Below the pieces are notes generated by a model. It was not told where the DNA came from. It did not search any database and saw nothing but the letters and a program-made list of their open reading frames with translations. A stretch of 32,000 nt of DNA from an uncultured archaeon (GTDB lineage: Archaea > Asgardarchaeota > Thorarchaeia > Thorarchaeales > Thorarchaeaceae), in assembly GCA_964354495.1 (NCBI GenBank), contig CAYHAA010000017.1, forward strand, positions 30,001 to 62,000, in the 5' to 3' direction. The position numbers and the translations under genes were made by a program. This document shows positions 1-8,093 of the stretch, one piece after another (the first letter of the stretch is position 1; each line of letters opens with the position of its first letter).

Positions 1-993
1 GGCATCCAACTGTTCCTGTGCAGCTACTATGAAGTCTTCTTTAGTAAAACCGAGCTTTGTACCAGTGGAATAAAGAAGGGGAGGATAGTCCTCAGGACTA
101 ACTGGTTGATCTCTCTTCAGTAGATTCTCTAAATCCCCCGGCAAATCCCATGAATCATTACTATACAATGTGATATCTGATTTTGCGCCCGATTGAGTCT
201 GGATATGTATGCTAGAGTAATCAAAGACAGATTTCCCAATCCCTCGGATTGATTTATTGAACAGCGGCATGTTTTCTTCGAAGTTGGGAATAAGGAACGT
301 CGCGTATCCCACATCAGTCATGGCAGTCCTGAGAATACTCTTTGTAAATGGATACCGAGATAGGTCTTGCTCGATTTGTTCCCATTCGACGCCCTTCTGA
401 AGGGTGAAAAAGACCATTACTGATTGAAGGTTAAATGCTGTGTAATCAACCAGACAAGACACTCGAAGATTGTTTCTCTCTCGAAGGCGCTCCAGAGAAC
501 GTGCAACAGTCCGGGGAGCCAAGTTGAGCAGATTGGAAACATCCACAAGAGAGATTAGTGGATCCCTGCATATCGCAGAGAGCACTGTAAGATCATTTTC
601 GTTAACCGGAGCGTCCTCAACCAAGAACACGAAGTTGTACGCAGACCTTATTGCACTCGCGGTGAATAGGTTGAATTTGCTGAGAGTCTTGAGATTCTCA
701 AGCATCTTCATCTTGTACCGCTCGTTTATCGGGACTAGTGTTGGATTAGTTGGAGAAACAGTGTACTCTGGATTCTCCTTCAATACATCAACAGCCTTCA
801 GGGCGGCTTCCATGGTAATCGAACCTGCACAGAGACCAAGGTATATTCTCATTGCATCCAGATAGAATTGCACCGATGGATCATCAACGTGAGGTATCAA
901 ATCATCATATGGCGTTTCTATGGAAATCTGATATGAACTGGAATCGCGATTTGCCTCTTCTGTTCCCGAACGAGTTTTATTCAATGTTTTCAA
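1..993 (-). CDS. Lrp/AsnC-like winged-helix protein with N-terminal helical extension (3' end runs off the window; not in ORF track)
   Basis: Hand translation gives an uninterrupted minus-strand frame from 1005 to position 1: ...DDPSVQFYLDAMRIYLG...NENDLTVLSAICRDPLISLVDVSNLLNLAPRTVARSLERLRERNNLRVSCLVDYTAFNLQSVMVFF... The middle has an AsnC-type HTH pattern. The start is uncertain (TTG 993, TTG 984, TTG 900 or ATG 852). Confidence 0.75.
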   Translation of the reverse strand, partial: MKTLNKTRSGTEEANRDSSSYQISIETPYDDLIPHVDDPSVQFYLDAMRIYLGLCAGSITMEAALKAVDVLKENPEYTVSPTNPTLVPINERYKMKMLENLKTLSKFNLFTASAIRSAYNFVFLVEDAPVNENDLTVLSAICRDPLISLVDVSNLLNLAPRTVARSLERLRERNNLRVSCLVDYTAFNLQSVMVFFTLQKGVEWEQIEQDLSRYPFTKSILRTAMTDVGYATFLIPNFEENMPLFNKSIRGIGKSVFDYSSIHIQTQSGAKSDITLYSNDSWDLPGDLENLLKRDQPVSPEDYPPLLYSTGTKLGFTKEDFIVAAQEQLDA

Positions 994-1005
994 CGCCGGA
1001 TGATT

Positions 1006-2178
1006 TCATCCAGAGGAAGCGCGAGATGCCAGATAGGACACCACACTCTCAAGTCGATTTGATTTCTCGCGTTGGTTGGCTATAAATGTACATATCTCCG
1101 AAGAATTCCCAGCGAGACCTGACATCACTTGTGAGAGAGGAAGCCAGTTGATGTTGCTCGGTACTTCTAAGTCGAGAAGTGTGAGACCAGGACCCGATAG
1201 AACTCGTGCCTTCGGAAAGGTGCTAGCTTGAGCGTGGAGAACGTGAGAGAATGCAGACTCTTTCAGGACATCGTCACGAAAGGAAATCATGATATGTTGA
1301 TCAAGACCAATATTGCCAATCTCAACATATGGCTCTGCAAGATTCTTCCTTGCGCGAGCGATTCTTCTCCGCAGCGTACGATCCGAAGGCGGTTTCAGTC
1401 CTAGTCCAGCATAGACAGATGCCAAGCCGGGAGCATCTATGCTGTAATCGCTTTCAATTGCTGCTGCAACAATGAGGTCGTCGATGATGGGAGCGCTTGG
1501 AGAACTCTGTTCAACGGTCCCGACTACAGGGAGGATATCTACATATCCTCTCGCTGCACCAATCGATGCCTCCAGTCGGAAGCTCTCAGGGAAGTTCCAG
1601 TTGGCTCCATCGAACAACCCCAGATTCAGATGGTGAGATATTTTCGAACAGTCACAGGTGTGTATTGTTAGTGCGTATGGTTTTTTTCTGAATCGGTCGA
1701 TTTGACTCTGGAACCAGCCATACTGACTATCTCGAGGTGACAATGCTTCAAAATAGACGAGAGAGTTGAATGTCGAAGAAATCATCGACTGTAGAGCTGA
1801 AGTGACCAACTTGCTAGACCTCAGCCACCGGTGAAACTTCTCAAGAACATCCGATTCCTCATTGGCGATGGCCCAACCGAAGACCATCTGAAGACCGACT
1901 TTGCCATGATCAAGGTTTCCTCTTATCTTGAGCTCATTCTCATGCTCTAGATTTTGCCAGATTTGATTCACAGCGGAACGTGTCACATGCAAGTCTCTCG
2001 CAAGCCCCGCTTGTCGCAACGATGGATTAATTGCCAGTCTACTGAGTAATCGAAGCTCGCCAGGATTCAATGCACGCATAGTGTTCCACCGAATACCTAG
2101 GTAATATGGCCACTTGTTAAGATATGAACGTGTTGTAAGACCAGTTTGTGATACTGCTGTAATACCTACATAAGACAT
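1006..2178 (-). CDS. Tandem Lrp/AsnC-like wHTH protein (two HTH plus effector-like modules)
   Basis: 390-aa ORF. N-terminal ELRLLSRLAINPSLRQAGLARDLHVTRSAVNQIWQNLE...GNLDHGKVGLQMVF has an AsnC HTH pattern; a second degenerate HTH lies around PSDRTLRRRIARAR...EIGNIGLDQHIMI. The real start may be the Met of MRALNP. Confidence 0.75.
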   Translation of the reverse strand: MSYVGITAVSQTGLTTRSYLNKWPYYLGIRWNTMRALNPGELRLLSRLAINPSLRQAGLARDLHVTRSAVNQIWQNLEHENELKIRGNLDHGKVGLQMVFGWAIANEESDVLEKFHRWLRSSKLVTSALQSMISSTFNSLVYFEALSPRDSQYGWFQSQIDRFRKKPYALTIHTCDCSKISHHLNLGLFDGANWNFPESFRLEASIGAARGYVDILPVVGTVEQSSPSAPIIDDLIVAAAIESDYSIDAPGLASVYAGLGLKPPSDRTLRRRIARARKNLAEPYVEIGNIGLDQHIMISFRDDVLKESAFSHVLHAQASTFPKARVLSGPGLTLLDLEVPSNINWLPLSQVMSGLAGNSSEICTFIANQREKSNRLESVVSYLASRASSG

Positions 2179-2331
2179 TCAATAGCCTCGAAAAACATGT
2201 GCCCCCTAGGGGCGTCTAGAAGCCATTCTAGTAAATTCCTCCGCACACCACTTGCTTATTATGCCAGATTCGGTTGTATGTGTTTGGATTCACACTGCAG
2301 ACTGAGCTCATAGGTTAGGTGATACTGACCG

Positions 2332-2410
2332 AATCAGGTCAGAGCATCGTACCTATCTAGTCAGAGGCAGGCGACTAACTATGATATATAAGGTCAATCA
2401 GGTCGCATCG
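2332..2410 (+). promoter_or_regulatory. TATA box (TATATAA 2385-2391) flanked by an imperfect direct repeat
   Basis: AATCAGGTC-AGA-GCATCG at 2332-2349 and AATCAGGTC-GCATCG at 2396-2410. The first ATG (2420) lies about 30 nt after the TATA box. Confidence 0.5.
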
Positions 2411-2419
2411 GCTAGAGCA

Positions 2420-2470
2420 ATGTCAGTGTGTCCACCATACCAGACTATGCCCAGCAATGAACGGAGGTGA
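2420..2470 (+). CDS. Putative 16-aa micro-ORF A (MSVCPPYQTMPSNERR)
   Basis: First ATG after the TATA box; its last codons form GGAGGTGA. Very short, so it could be chance. Confidence 0.25.
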   Translation: MSVCPPYQTMPSNERR

Positions 2471-2512
2471 AAAGCGATCAGCACAGACCGGATACGAACT
2501 CTCTATGAGAGC

Positions 2513-2614
2513 ATGACCAAGAATCGTGCCGCATTGGAGTTACTATCAATTGGTGTCGTGCGCGGTATCTCAACCGTTGTTCAGCCACCGTGCGAAGATC
2601 CGTGCCCATTCTAG
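2513..2614 (+). CDS. Putative micro-ORF B (MTKNRAALELLSIGVVRGISTVVQPPCEDPCPF; 45 aa if started at ATC 2477)
   Basis: Open frame 2471-2614; strong SD GGAGGTGA at 2463-2470. Confidence 0.3.
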   Translation: MTKNRAALELLSIGVVRGISTVVQPPCEDPCPF

Positions 2615-2626
2615 TGGATACTAGAC

Positions 2627-2797
2627 ATGGTAATCGGAATAAAGCACACATGTGAGCGAACAGCGATTGAAGATTCTCCGTTGCTGGACATTGGTTGGTA
2701 TGAGATTCTTAGCCATTCTCTGCAGTGTGAGAGTTCGAATAGAGAAACAACAGAGACTGGCGATGGGATCCTAGCATGGCTTCCAGAGTCAAAGTAG
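2627..2797 (+). CDS. Putative 56-aa small protein C (MVIGIKHTCERTAIEDSPLLDIGWYEILSHSLQCESSNRETTETGDGILAWLPESK)
   Basis: ATG-to-TAG frame starting 12 nt after ORF B, with protein-like composition. Below the ORF-track length cutoff. Confidence 0.4.
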   Translation: MVIGIKHTCERTAIEDSPLLDIGWYEILSHSLQCESSNRETTETGDGILAWLPESK

Positions 2798-2858
2798 GAG
2801 CCTAACGCCAACCATTCAAAAATCGAAAGAGAACATGAACAAAAGGAGAAAAACCAGA

Positions 2859-2900
2859 ATGAATCAAAAACCAGGCGATGAATCAACAGAACCATGGTAA
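2859..2900 (+). CDS. Putative 13-aa peptide D (MNQKPGDESTEPW)
   Basis: Preceded by AAAAGGAGAAA (2841-2851), identical to the SD-containing 11-mer (2941-2951) before the 83-aa gene. An alternative in-frame ATG is at 2835. Confidence 0.4.
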   Translation: MNQKPGDESTEPW

Positions 2901-2907
2901 ATTCAGG

Positions 2908-2940
2908 AACACGTGCAAACCCGTGTAGAACCGTGTAGAA
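2908..2940. repeat. 10-bp tandem repeat CCGTGTAGAA x2 plus a degenerate third copy
   Basis: 2921-2930 and 2931-2940 are identical; 2911-2920 (ACGTGCAAAC) is a degenerate copy. Confidence 0.8.
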
Positions 2941-2959
2941 AAAAGGAGAAAGAAGACAA

Positions 2960-3211
2960 ATGATAACTGAAAGAATTGAGCCAATACTCGGAAACATCAC
3001 GACTGCCGAAACAGGCCGCGAAGTGGATCCGTTTACTGACCCAGAGGTTGTTAGATTGACTGCAATCAATCTTGAACTTGCAGTTAGAAACCTCATGACA
3101 GCACACGCTCCTCCAGAGTGCCTAGTGATCACAGCTGACATATGCACGCACAGACTCATGGCTATTCCCACAGCAGATGGCGAGGTCAAGGTGCTTGTGT
3201 TTGAACTGTGA
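2960..3211 (+). CDS. Small hypothetical protein (83 aa)
   Basis: AAGGAG SD, ATG start, globular alpha/beta-like composition (DPFTDPEVV...PPECLVITADICTH). I recognise no domain. Confidence 0.85.
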   Translation: MITERIEPILGNITTAETGREVDPFTDPEVVRLTAINLELAVRNLMTAHAPPECLVITADICTHRLMAIPTADGEVKVLVFEL

Positions 3212-3240
3212 ACCGCCGGTAGTCAAGAAAGAGAGTAACT

Positions 3241-3274
3241 TCACATTCGAGAGATTGGGTCTCTCGAAGAGTGA
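3241..3274. terminator. Stem-loop downstream of the 83-aa gene
   Basis: TTCGAGAGA (3246-3254) pairs perfectly with TCTCTCGAA (3260-3268) around a 5-nt loop, extended by TCAC/GTGA. Confidence 0.5.
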
Positions 3275-3321
3275 GAATAAGATGAGATAAGGAGTCTAAA
3301 TAGCTTCGAACAGACATCTAG

Positions 3322-4833
3322 TTGCTCAAGTACCAAGTCAAGAGAGGACTTGGAGAAGCTTGGCTGAGATTGTTGTTCGGAGATAGACTAAAAATGAAAG
3401 TGGTCCGGAAGCATGAGGCGTGGAGTGACAACAGCGTGGACAGCAATCCATTGGATGATAAGGCACGCTTACCAGCCCATGACGAAGATACGGACCATTT
3501 GGGTGTTCAAGAGGGGCATGGACAACAGGATAATCTTAGAGCCTCTCTGAAAGCTGTTTTTTCATGGAAGAACTACAGAGTATATCTGCTTACGGCATGG
3601 ATATTCAATGCCTTTGAATATCTGGGGAGCTTCTTCAATCTGTATCTCTGGAGCTTGAATCTAGGTCTACTATTGATTGGCGCGATTGGCACGATTACTT
3701 ATGCTATATCAACCATTGCAAGGTTCTTTGGTGGATATGTAGGAGATACTTCCAACCGTAAGACCCTAGCAGTTATTTCGATGCTCCTAATGGCAACCTA
3801 TTATCTGATGATTGGGATATTTAGAGAGCCCATCCTGATTTTCGTTGCTCTTGCAATTTACTCTTCTATTGAGATTACCAAGGGCGGCTCAACGGCATAC
3901 ATAATGGACAATATACCTCGAGAACATAGTGGATTTGCTCTATCGATGTTTACTACGGGCAAGACGTTGTCGATTATCACACTTGCTGTCTTTGGTTTGC
4001 TGTATCCAATTATGGAGTTCGCGGCTTTCCGGCAACTTCACTTGGCGGGTGGTATCCTACTGCTGTTTTCTACCGCGCTGAGAGCAGTCTACTTGAAGAG
4101 CAGTCCTCAAAAGAAGAGAGAGGCCGGAACCAGACTATGGAGAACCTTCATCCAAGACAACAGGCGAGCACTGGGGATATTGCTATCTGTGATTCCAGGA
4201 ATGATTGTAGTGTGCATCTTCGATAGCATAAGTGATTCATTCTTCAAGCTGGGTGCTCTAATCTATCTGTATGAGGACCTGTATATCGATATTCCATCAA
4301 TGGTAATCATGCTAATTGCCACGCTTCTGATACAGGTTCCACTCCTACTGAAAGTAGGAAGACTCACCGATAGAAAAGGAGTGAAATCTACAGCACTCAT
4401 GGTTTATGCAATCATGCCAATATCTGCGGCTCTATTGATTCTAGCTTACTGGATTCCGGATTGGGTACCCCTGTCATTCTCAACTGCTGCAAACACACTT
4501 ATTCCTGGGCTTGGTGTGATCTTCAAGACGTCATTTCTTGCAGTCGTTCTCAAATATGTGAATGATACATTGTGGTACACCATTGTTCTGGTGCTCATTC
4601 GACAGAGGCTCCCAAGTCATGATACATCAAAAATCCTCAGTCTATTCTGGATTGTTGTATGGTTGTCCTCCTCATTAGGTCCTCTAGTGGGAGGAATAAT
4701 CTCTGAAGCAATAGGCATCTTGTATCTCTTTGTCGCTGTGTTCATTCTAAACATAATCATTCTTGCAGCAATAGCTCGTTATGACTTGACTGTAAAAGGG
4801 CAGACAGCCCAAGAAGTGCAGATAGGCGAATAG
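3322..4833 (+). CDS. MFS transporter
   Basis: About 12 hydrophobic segments; MFS motif A GYVGDTSNRK and second-half GRLTDRKGVK. The true start is probably downstream (3394 or TTG 3499). Confidence 0.9.
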   Translation: MLKYQVKRGLGEAWLRLLFGDRLKMKVVRKHEAWSDNSVDSNPLDDKARLPAHDEDTDHLGVQEGHGQQDNLRASLKAVFSWKNYRVYLLTAWIFNAFEYLGSFFNLYLWSLNLGLLLIGAIGTITYAISTIARFFGGYVGDTSNRKTLAVISMLLMATYYLMIGIFREPILIFVALAIYSSIEITKGGSTAYIMDNIPREHSGFALSMFTTGKTLSIITLAVFGLLYPIMEFAAFRQLHLAGGILLLFSTALRAVYLKSSPQKKREAGTRLWRTFIQDNRRALGILLSVIPGMIVVCIFDSISDSFFKLGALIYLYEDLYIDIPSMVIMLIATLLIQVPLLLKVGRLTDRKGVKSTALMVYAIMPISAALLILAYWIPDWVPLSFSTAANTLIPGLGVIFKTSFLAVVLKYVNDTLWYTIVLVLIRQRLPSHDTSKILSLFWIVVWLSSSLGPLVGGIISEAIGILYLFVAVFILNIIILAAIARYDLTVKGQTAQEVQIGE

Positions 4834-4899
4834 AATAAGACTACATCATACTAGATTTGAAGTACCACGATAGAATTCCGGAAATCTGAAGGGATACTA

Positions 4900-5547
4900 A
4901 TGAGCGAGGAAAGAAAGAGGGCTCTTGAGATTCTTCGTAGACTTGCTAAAGAATATCCTGACGCACCGCCAACATACTTGATGTTCAGCAGTCCATTTGA
5001 GATGGTCATAGCAACTATTCTATCAGCGAGAGCGACTGATGCTGGTGTAAACAAGGCGACTCCAGAGCTCTTTGGCAGATATCCAGACGCTGAGAGTCTC
5101 GCAAATGCCGATATTGATAGTGTAGCAAAGATCATTCGTTCCTGTGGTACTTACAATCGAAAGTCCGCATACATAAAGGCAACAGCCACAATGCTTGTGA
5201 AGGATTTCGGTGGGGAAGTTCCTAAGACTCTCGACGAACTCATTCGACTCCCCGGTGTAAATCGAAAGACCGCAAATGTAGTACTTCAAGTTGTATTTGG
5301 ACAAGCCGAGGGTGTTGTAGTAGATACTCACGTTATGAGAGTCAGCGTAAGACTTGGTTTCAGCCTGCATGATAAGAAACCGGACAAGATTGAGAAGGAT
5401 CTCATGCAACTTCTGCCAAAGAACAGATGGATTGACTATGCTCGACTCATCGGAACGCATGGCAGGCTGACGTGCAAATCAGCACGCCCCAGATGTTCAA
5501 CATGTCCCATCAACAACCTCTGCCCCTCAGCAGAGCTTTTCGTCTAA
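4900..5547 (+). CDS. nth: Endonuclease III (HhH-GPD DNA glycosylase/AP lyase with 4Fe-4S cluster)
   Basis: ILSARATD, LPGVNRKTANVV (HhH), VVDTHV, and C-x6-C-x2-C-x5-C. Confidence 0.96.
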   Translation: MSEERKRALEILRRLAKEYPDAPPTYLMFSSPFEMVIATILSARATDAGVNKATPELFGRYPDAESLANADIDSVAKIIRSCGTYNRKSAYIKATATMLVKDFGGEVPKTLDELIRLPGVNRKTANVVLQVVFGQAEGVVVDTHVMRVSVRLGFSLHDKKPDKIEKDLMQLLPKNRWIDYARLIGTHGRLTCKSARPRCSTCPINNLCPSAELFV

Positions 5548-5600
5548 GTGGTATCGGAAGATGTTAAAAGAGAAGACAGTCGAACCCTGAACCGGTTGCT

Positions 5601-6710
5601 GTGATTACAATGAGGATTGGATTGGTGAGCAAGTTTGGTGCTCCAGATGGGCTCTGCGTCATTGCCAATGCAGTCCTGAGAGGGTTGGCTGAACAGAATC
5701 ATGAAGTGCATGCGTTCACTCAATCCAAACGGGTGGAGGGACTTCCTGAGGAGAGAATACACAGATTTAGAGCAGTCCAGTTGAACCCGCATTTTTCCCT
5801 TGATACTGTCACAGCTCCGCGCGCTATCTCAAGGCAGTGTAGAGAATACAATATTGATGTGCTACACATTCAGATGAACTCAGGAAGCACGGAGTTCATG
5901 CTGCCATATTTCAAGAGATCATTGCCTCCACTTGTTGTCACTTACCACCTTGCCTATGCAGCAGGTGGCTCGCTCTATACAGCTCTATTTGGCATAGCAT
6001 GGAAAGCTTCACTCTTTGCCAGTAGAAAATACGATGAAGTCATTCTTGTTGATCCATCTCAGAAGCCATACTTTCTCAAGAGCGGATTCTCTGAAGATAA
6101 TGTATCTGTGATAAAGAACGGCGTTGACATCAACCTCTTCAAGCCAGACAATAGCAAGAGGCAGGACGATGGGACTGTGAATTTCGTATATGTTGGGCGT
6201 CTAAGCTATGACAAGGGTGTCCACCTATTGTTGGATGCCTTTCGGATGTACCATCGCGAGAACCCGAAGACCAAGCTCACACTCATTGGTGATGGCATGC
6301 TCAAGCACCAGATTGATGGTTGTGTGGACGATGGTTCACTCTGCTGGTTGGGCGCTATGAATCATGATGAGATTCCTGCAGTCCTGCAGAAGATGGATGC
6401 ATTCGTAATTCCACAGAATATTGGGGGGCTTGGGATGAGTGTCCTAGAGGCAATGGGTTGTGGTCTCCCAGTGATAACCACCGCAATCGGCGAAACGGTA
6501 AGACTACTTGACAAAGATGAGGGAATCTTGGTTGAGCCAGAGAATGTTCGAGCAATCGTTGGTGCTATGAATACCCTAGTAGAGGATAAAGAACTGAGAC
6601 AGAAGATGGGAAGGCATTGCAGAAAGAAGATTGAAGAGAAATACTCTTGGAATAATCAGATTGGTCAAATCGAACAAGTCTACAAGAGGGCCATAGAGCG
6701 CAGAAGATGA
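5601..6710 (+). CDS. Glycosyltransferase family 4 (GT-B)
   Basis: FVYVGRLSYDKGVHLLL, LEAMGCGLPVITT and YSW near the C-terminus. Likely start is ATG 5610. Confidence 0.92.
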   Translation: MITMRIGLVSKFGAPDGLCVIANAVLRGLAEQNHEVHAFTQSKRVEGLPEERIHRFRAVQLNPHFSLDTVTAPRAISRQCREYNIDVLHIQMNSGSTEFMLPYFKRSLPPLVVTYHLAYAAGGSLYTALFGIAWKASLFASRKYDEVILVDPSQKPYFLKSGFSEDNVSVIKNGVDINLFKPDNSKRQDDGTVNFVYVGRLSYDKGVHLLLDAFRMYHRENPKTKLTLIGDGMLKHQIDGCVDDGSLCWLGAMNHDEIPAVLQKMDAFVIPQNIGGLGMSVLEAMGCGLPVITTAIGETVRLLDKDEGILVEPENVRAIVGAMNTLVEDKELRQKMGRHCRKKIEEKYSWNNQIGQIEQVYKRAIERRR

Positions 6711-6785
6711 AGGACTTCGTAGATAGAGAGAACAACTTATGAGCACACATGCTCTGCTTGAATCAGCCAGACGATATAGGAGAGA

Positions 6786-8084
6786 TTGCCGTTGCTGGAT
6801 ATGCGATTCATCCGTGAAAATGTTGATTTGATTCGAAGGAACCTAGAACGACGCAGGGATAGCGCCAGACTCGAGACATTTGAACGATTCCTTGCACTGG
6901 ACGAAAAGAATAGAGCCCTGCAGAAGGAGGTACAGGACCTTAGAACCCAACGCAATAGACTCTCAAGAGAAGTTGGCAAACTGAAGAAATCTGGGCAGGA
7001 TAACCCGCAGCTTGTGAAACAGGCCAACCAAGTGAACAAGAGAATCTCCGAGATTGAGAAAGAAACTGACGAAGTCCAAGCGGAACTGAGGAAAAAACAG
7101 ATGAGTATTCCCAATATGCTTCATGAGAGCGTTCCGTATGGAGTAGACGATGAGGGCAATGACGTCGTGCGGGAATGGGGAGGCAGACCAGAGTATGCTT
7201 TCAAGGTGCAGAGTCATGTGGACCTACTGCAATCGCTCGACATTGGAGATCTGGAGAGAGCAGCCAAAGTTGCTGGGGCCAGATTCTACTATCTCAAGAA
7301 TGAACTTGTGATGCTCGATCTTGCTATGCAGCAGATGGCCCTAGAAATGCTCAGGAAGAAAGGATACACTCTCATCTATCCGCCATTCATGATAAGGCGT
7401 GAGCCCTACGAAGGAGTGACGGACCTAGCGGATTTTGAAGATGTTATGTACAAGATTGAGGGAGAAGACCTGTATCTGATTGCCACGTCTGAGCATCCGA
7501 TAGCTGCCATGTACATGGGAGAGATCCTCGAACCAGCTGAACTTCCACTCAAACTAGCAGGAGTCAGCACTTGCTTCAGAAAGGAAGCAGGCTCTCATGG
7601 TAAGGACACAAAGGGGATATTTAGAGTACATCAATTCAACAAGGTCGAGCAATTCGTCTTCAGTCATCCGGACGAATCATGGCAAATCCATGAGGAATTG
7701 ATTCGAAACGAGGAGGAGTATGTACAAGCCCTCAAGCTACCGTACCGCATAGTGAATGTCTGTACCGGTGATATTGGGATTGTTGCCGCCAAGAAGTATG
7801 ACCTTGACTACTGGTTCCCCGGACAGCAAAAATATCGTGAGGGTGGTTCCTGCAGTAACTGCACAGCATACCAGGCAACCCGTCTGGGCATAAAATACAG
7901 AGTCAAAAAAGGTGGCACTGAGAAGGCATTCCTACACACGCTGAATAGCACGATGATGGCCAATCCTAGAACCTTGGTTGCCATTCTGGAGGTCTACCAG
8001 CAGGAAGATGGCAGTGTCAAGATACCTTCTGGGCTTCACAGATATCTCCCCTCTGGGATGAAAGAGATTGCACCAAGAGCATAG
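6786..8084 (+). CDS. serS: Seryl-tRNA synthetase
   Basis: N-terminal coiled-coil arm, LIATSEHP, FRKEAGSHGKDTKGIFRVHQFNKVEQF, SCSNCT, HTLNST. Confidence 0.97.
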   Translation: MPLLDMRFIRENVDLIRRNLERRRDSARLETFERFLALDEKNRALQKEVQDLRTQRNRLSREVGKLKKSGQDNPQLVKQANQVNKRISEIEKETDEVQAELRKKQMSIPNMLHESVPYGVDDEGNDVVREWGGRPEYAFKVQSHVDLLQSLDIGDLERAAKVAGARFYYLKNELVMLDLAMQQMALEMLRKKGYTLIYPPFMIRREPYEGVTDLADFEDVMYKIEGEDLYLIATSEHPIAAMYMGEILEPAELPLKLAGVSTCFRKEAGSHGKDTKGIFRVHQFNKVEQFVFSHPDESWQIHEELIRNEEEYVQALKLPYRIVNVCTGDIGIVAAKKYDLDYWFPGQQKYREGGSCSNCTAYQATRLGIKYRVKKGGTEKAFLHTLNSTMMANPRTLVAILEVYQQEDGSVKIPSGLHRYLPSGMKEIAPRA

Positions 8085-8093
8085 ACTAACTGG

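Noticed and set aside
470-865. 131-aa plus-strand ORF in the track
   Set aside because: Shadow of the truncated minus-strand Lrp-like gene, which has recognisable HTH features.
2730-2745. tRNA T-loop-like GTTCGAAT
   Set aside because: No flanking T stem, acceptor stem or anticodon arm can be formed.
2611-3189. 192-aa minus-strand ORF in the track
   Set aside because: Antisense to the 83-aa gene and the + strand micro-ORFs; its Phe/Ser-rich composition mirrors the purine-rich + strand.
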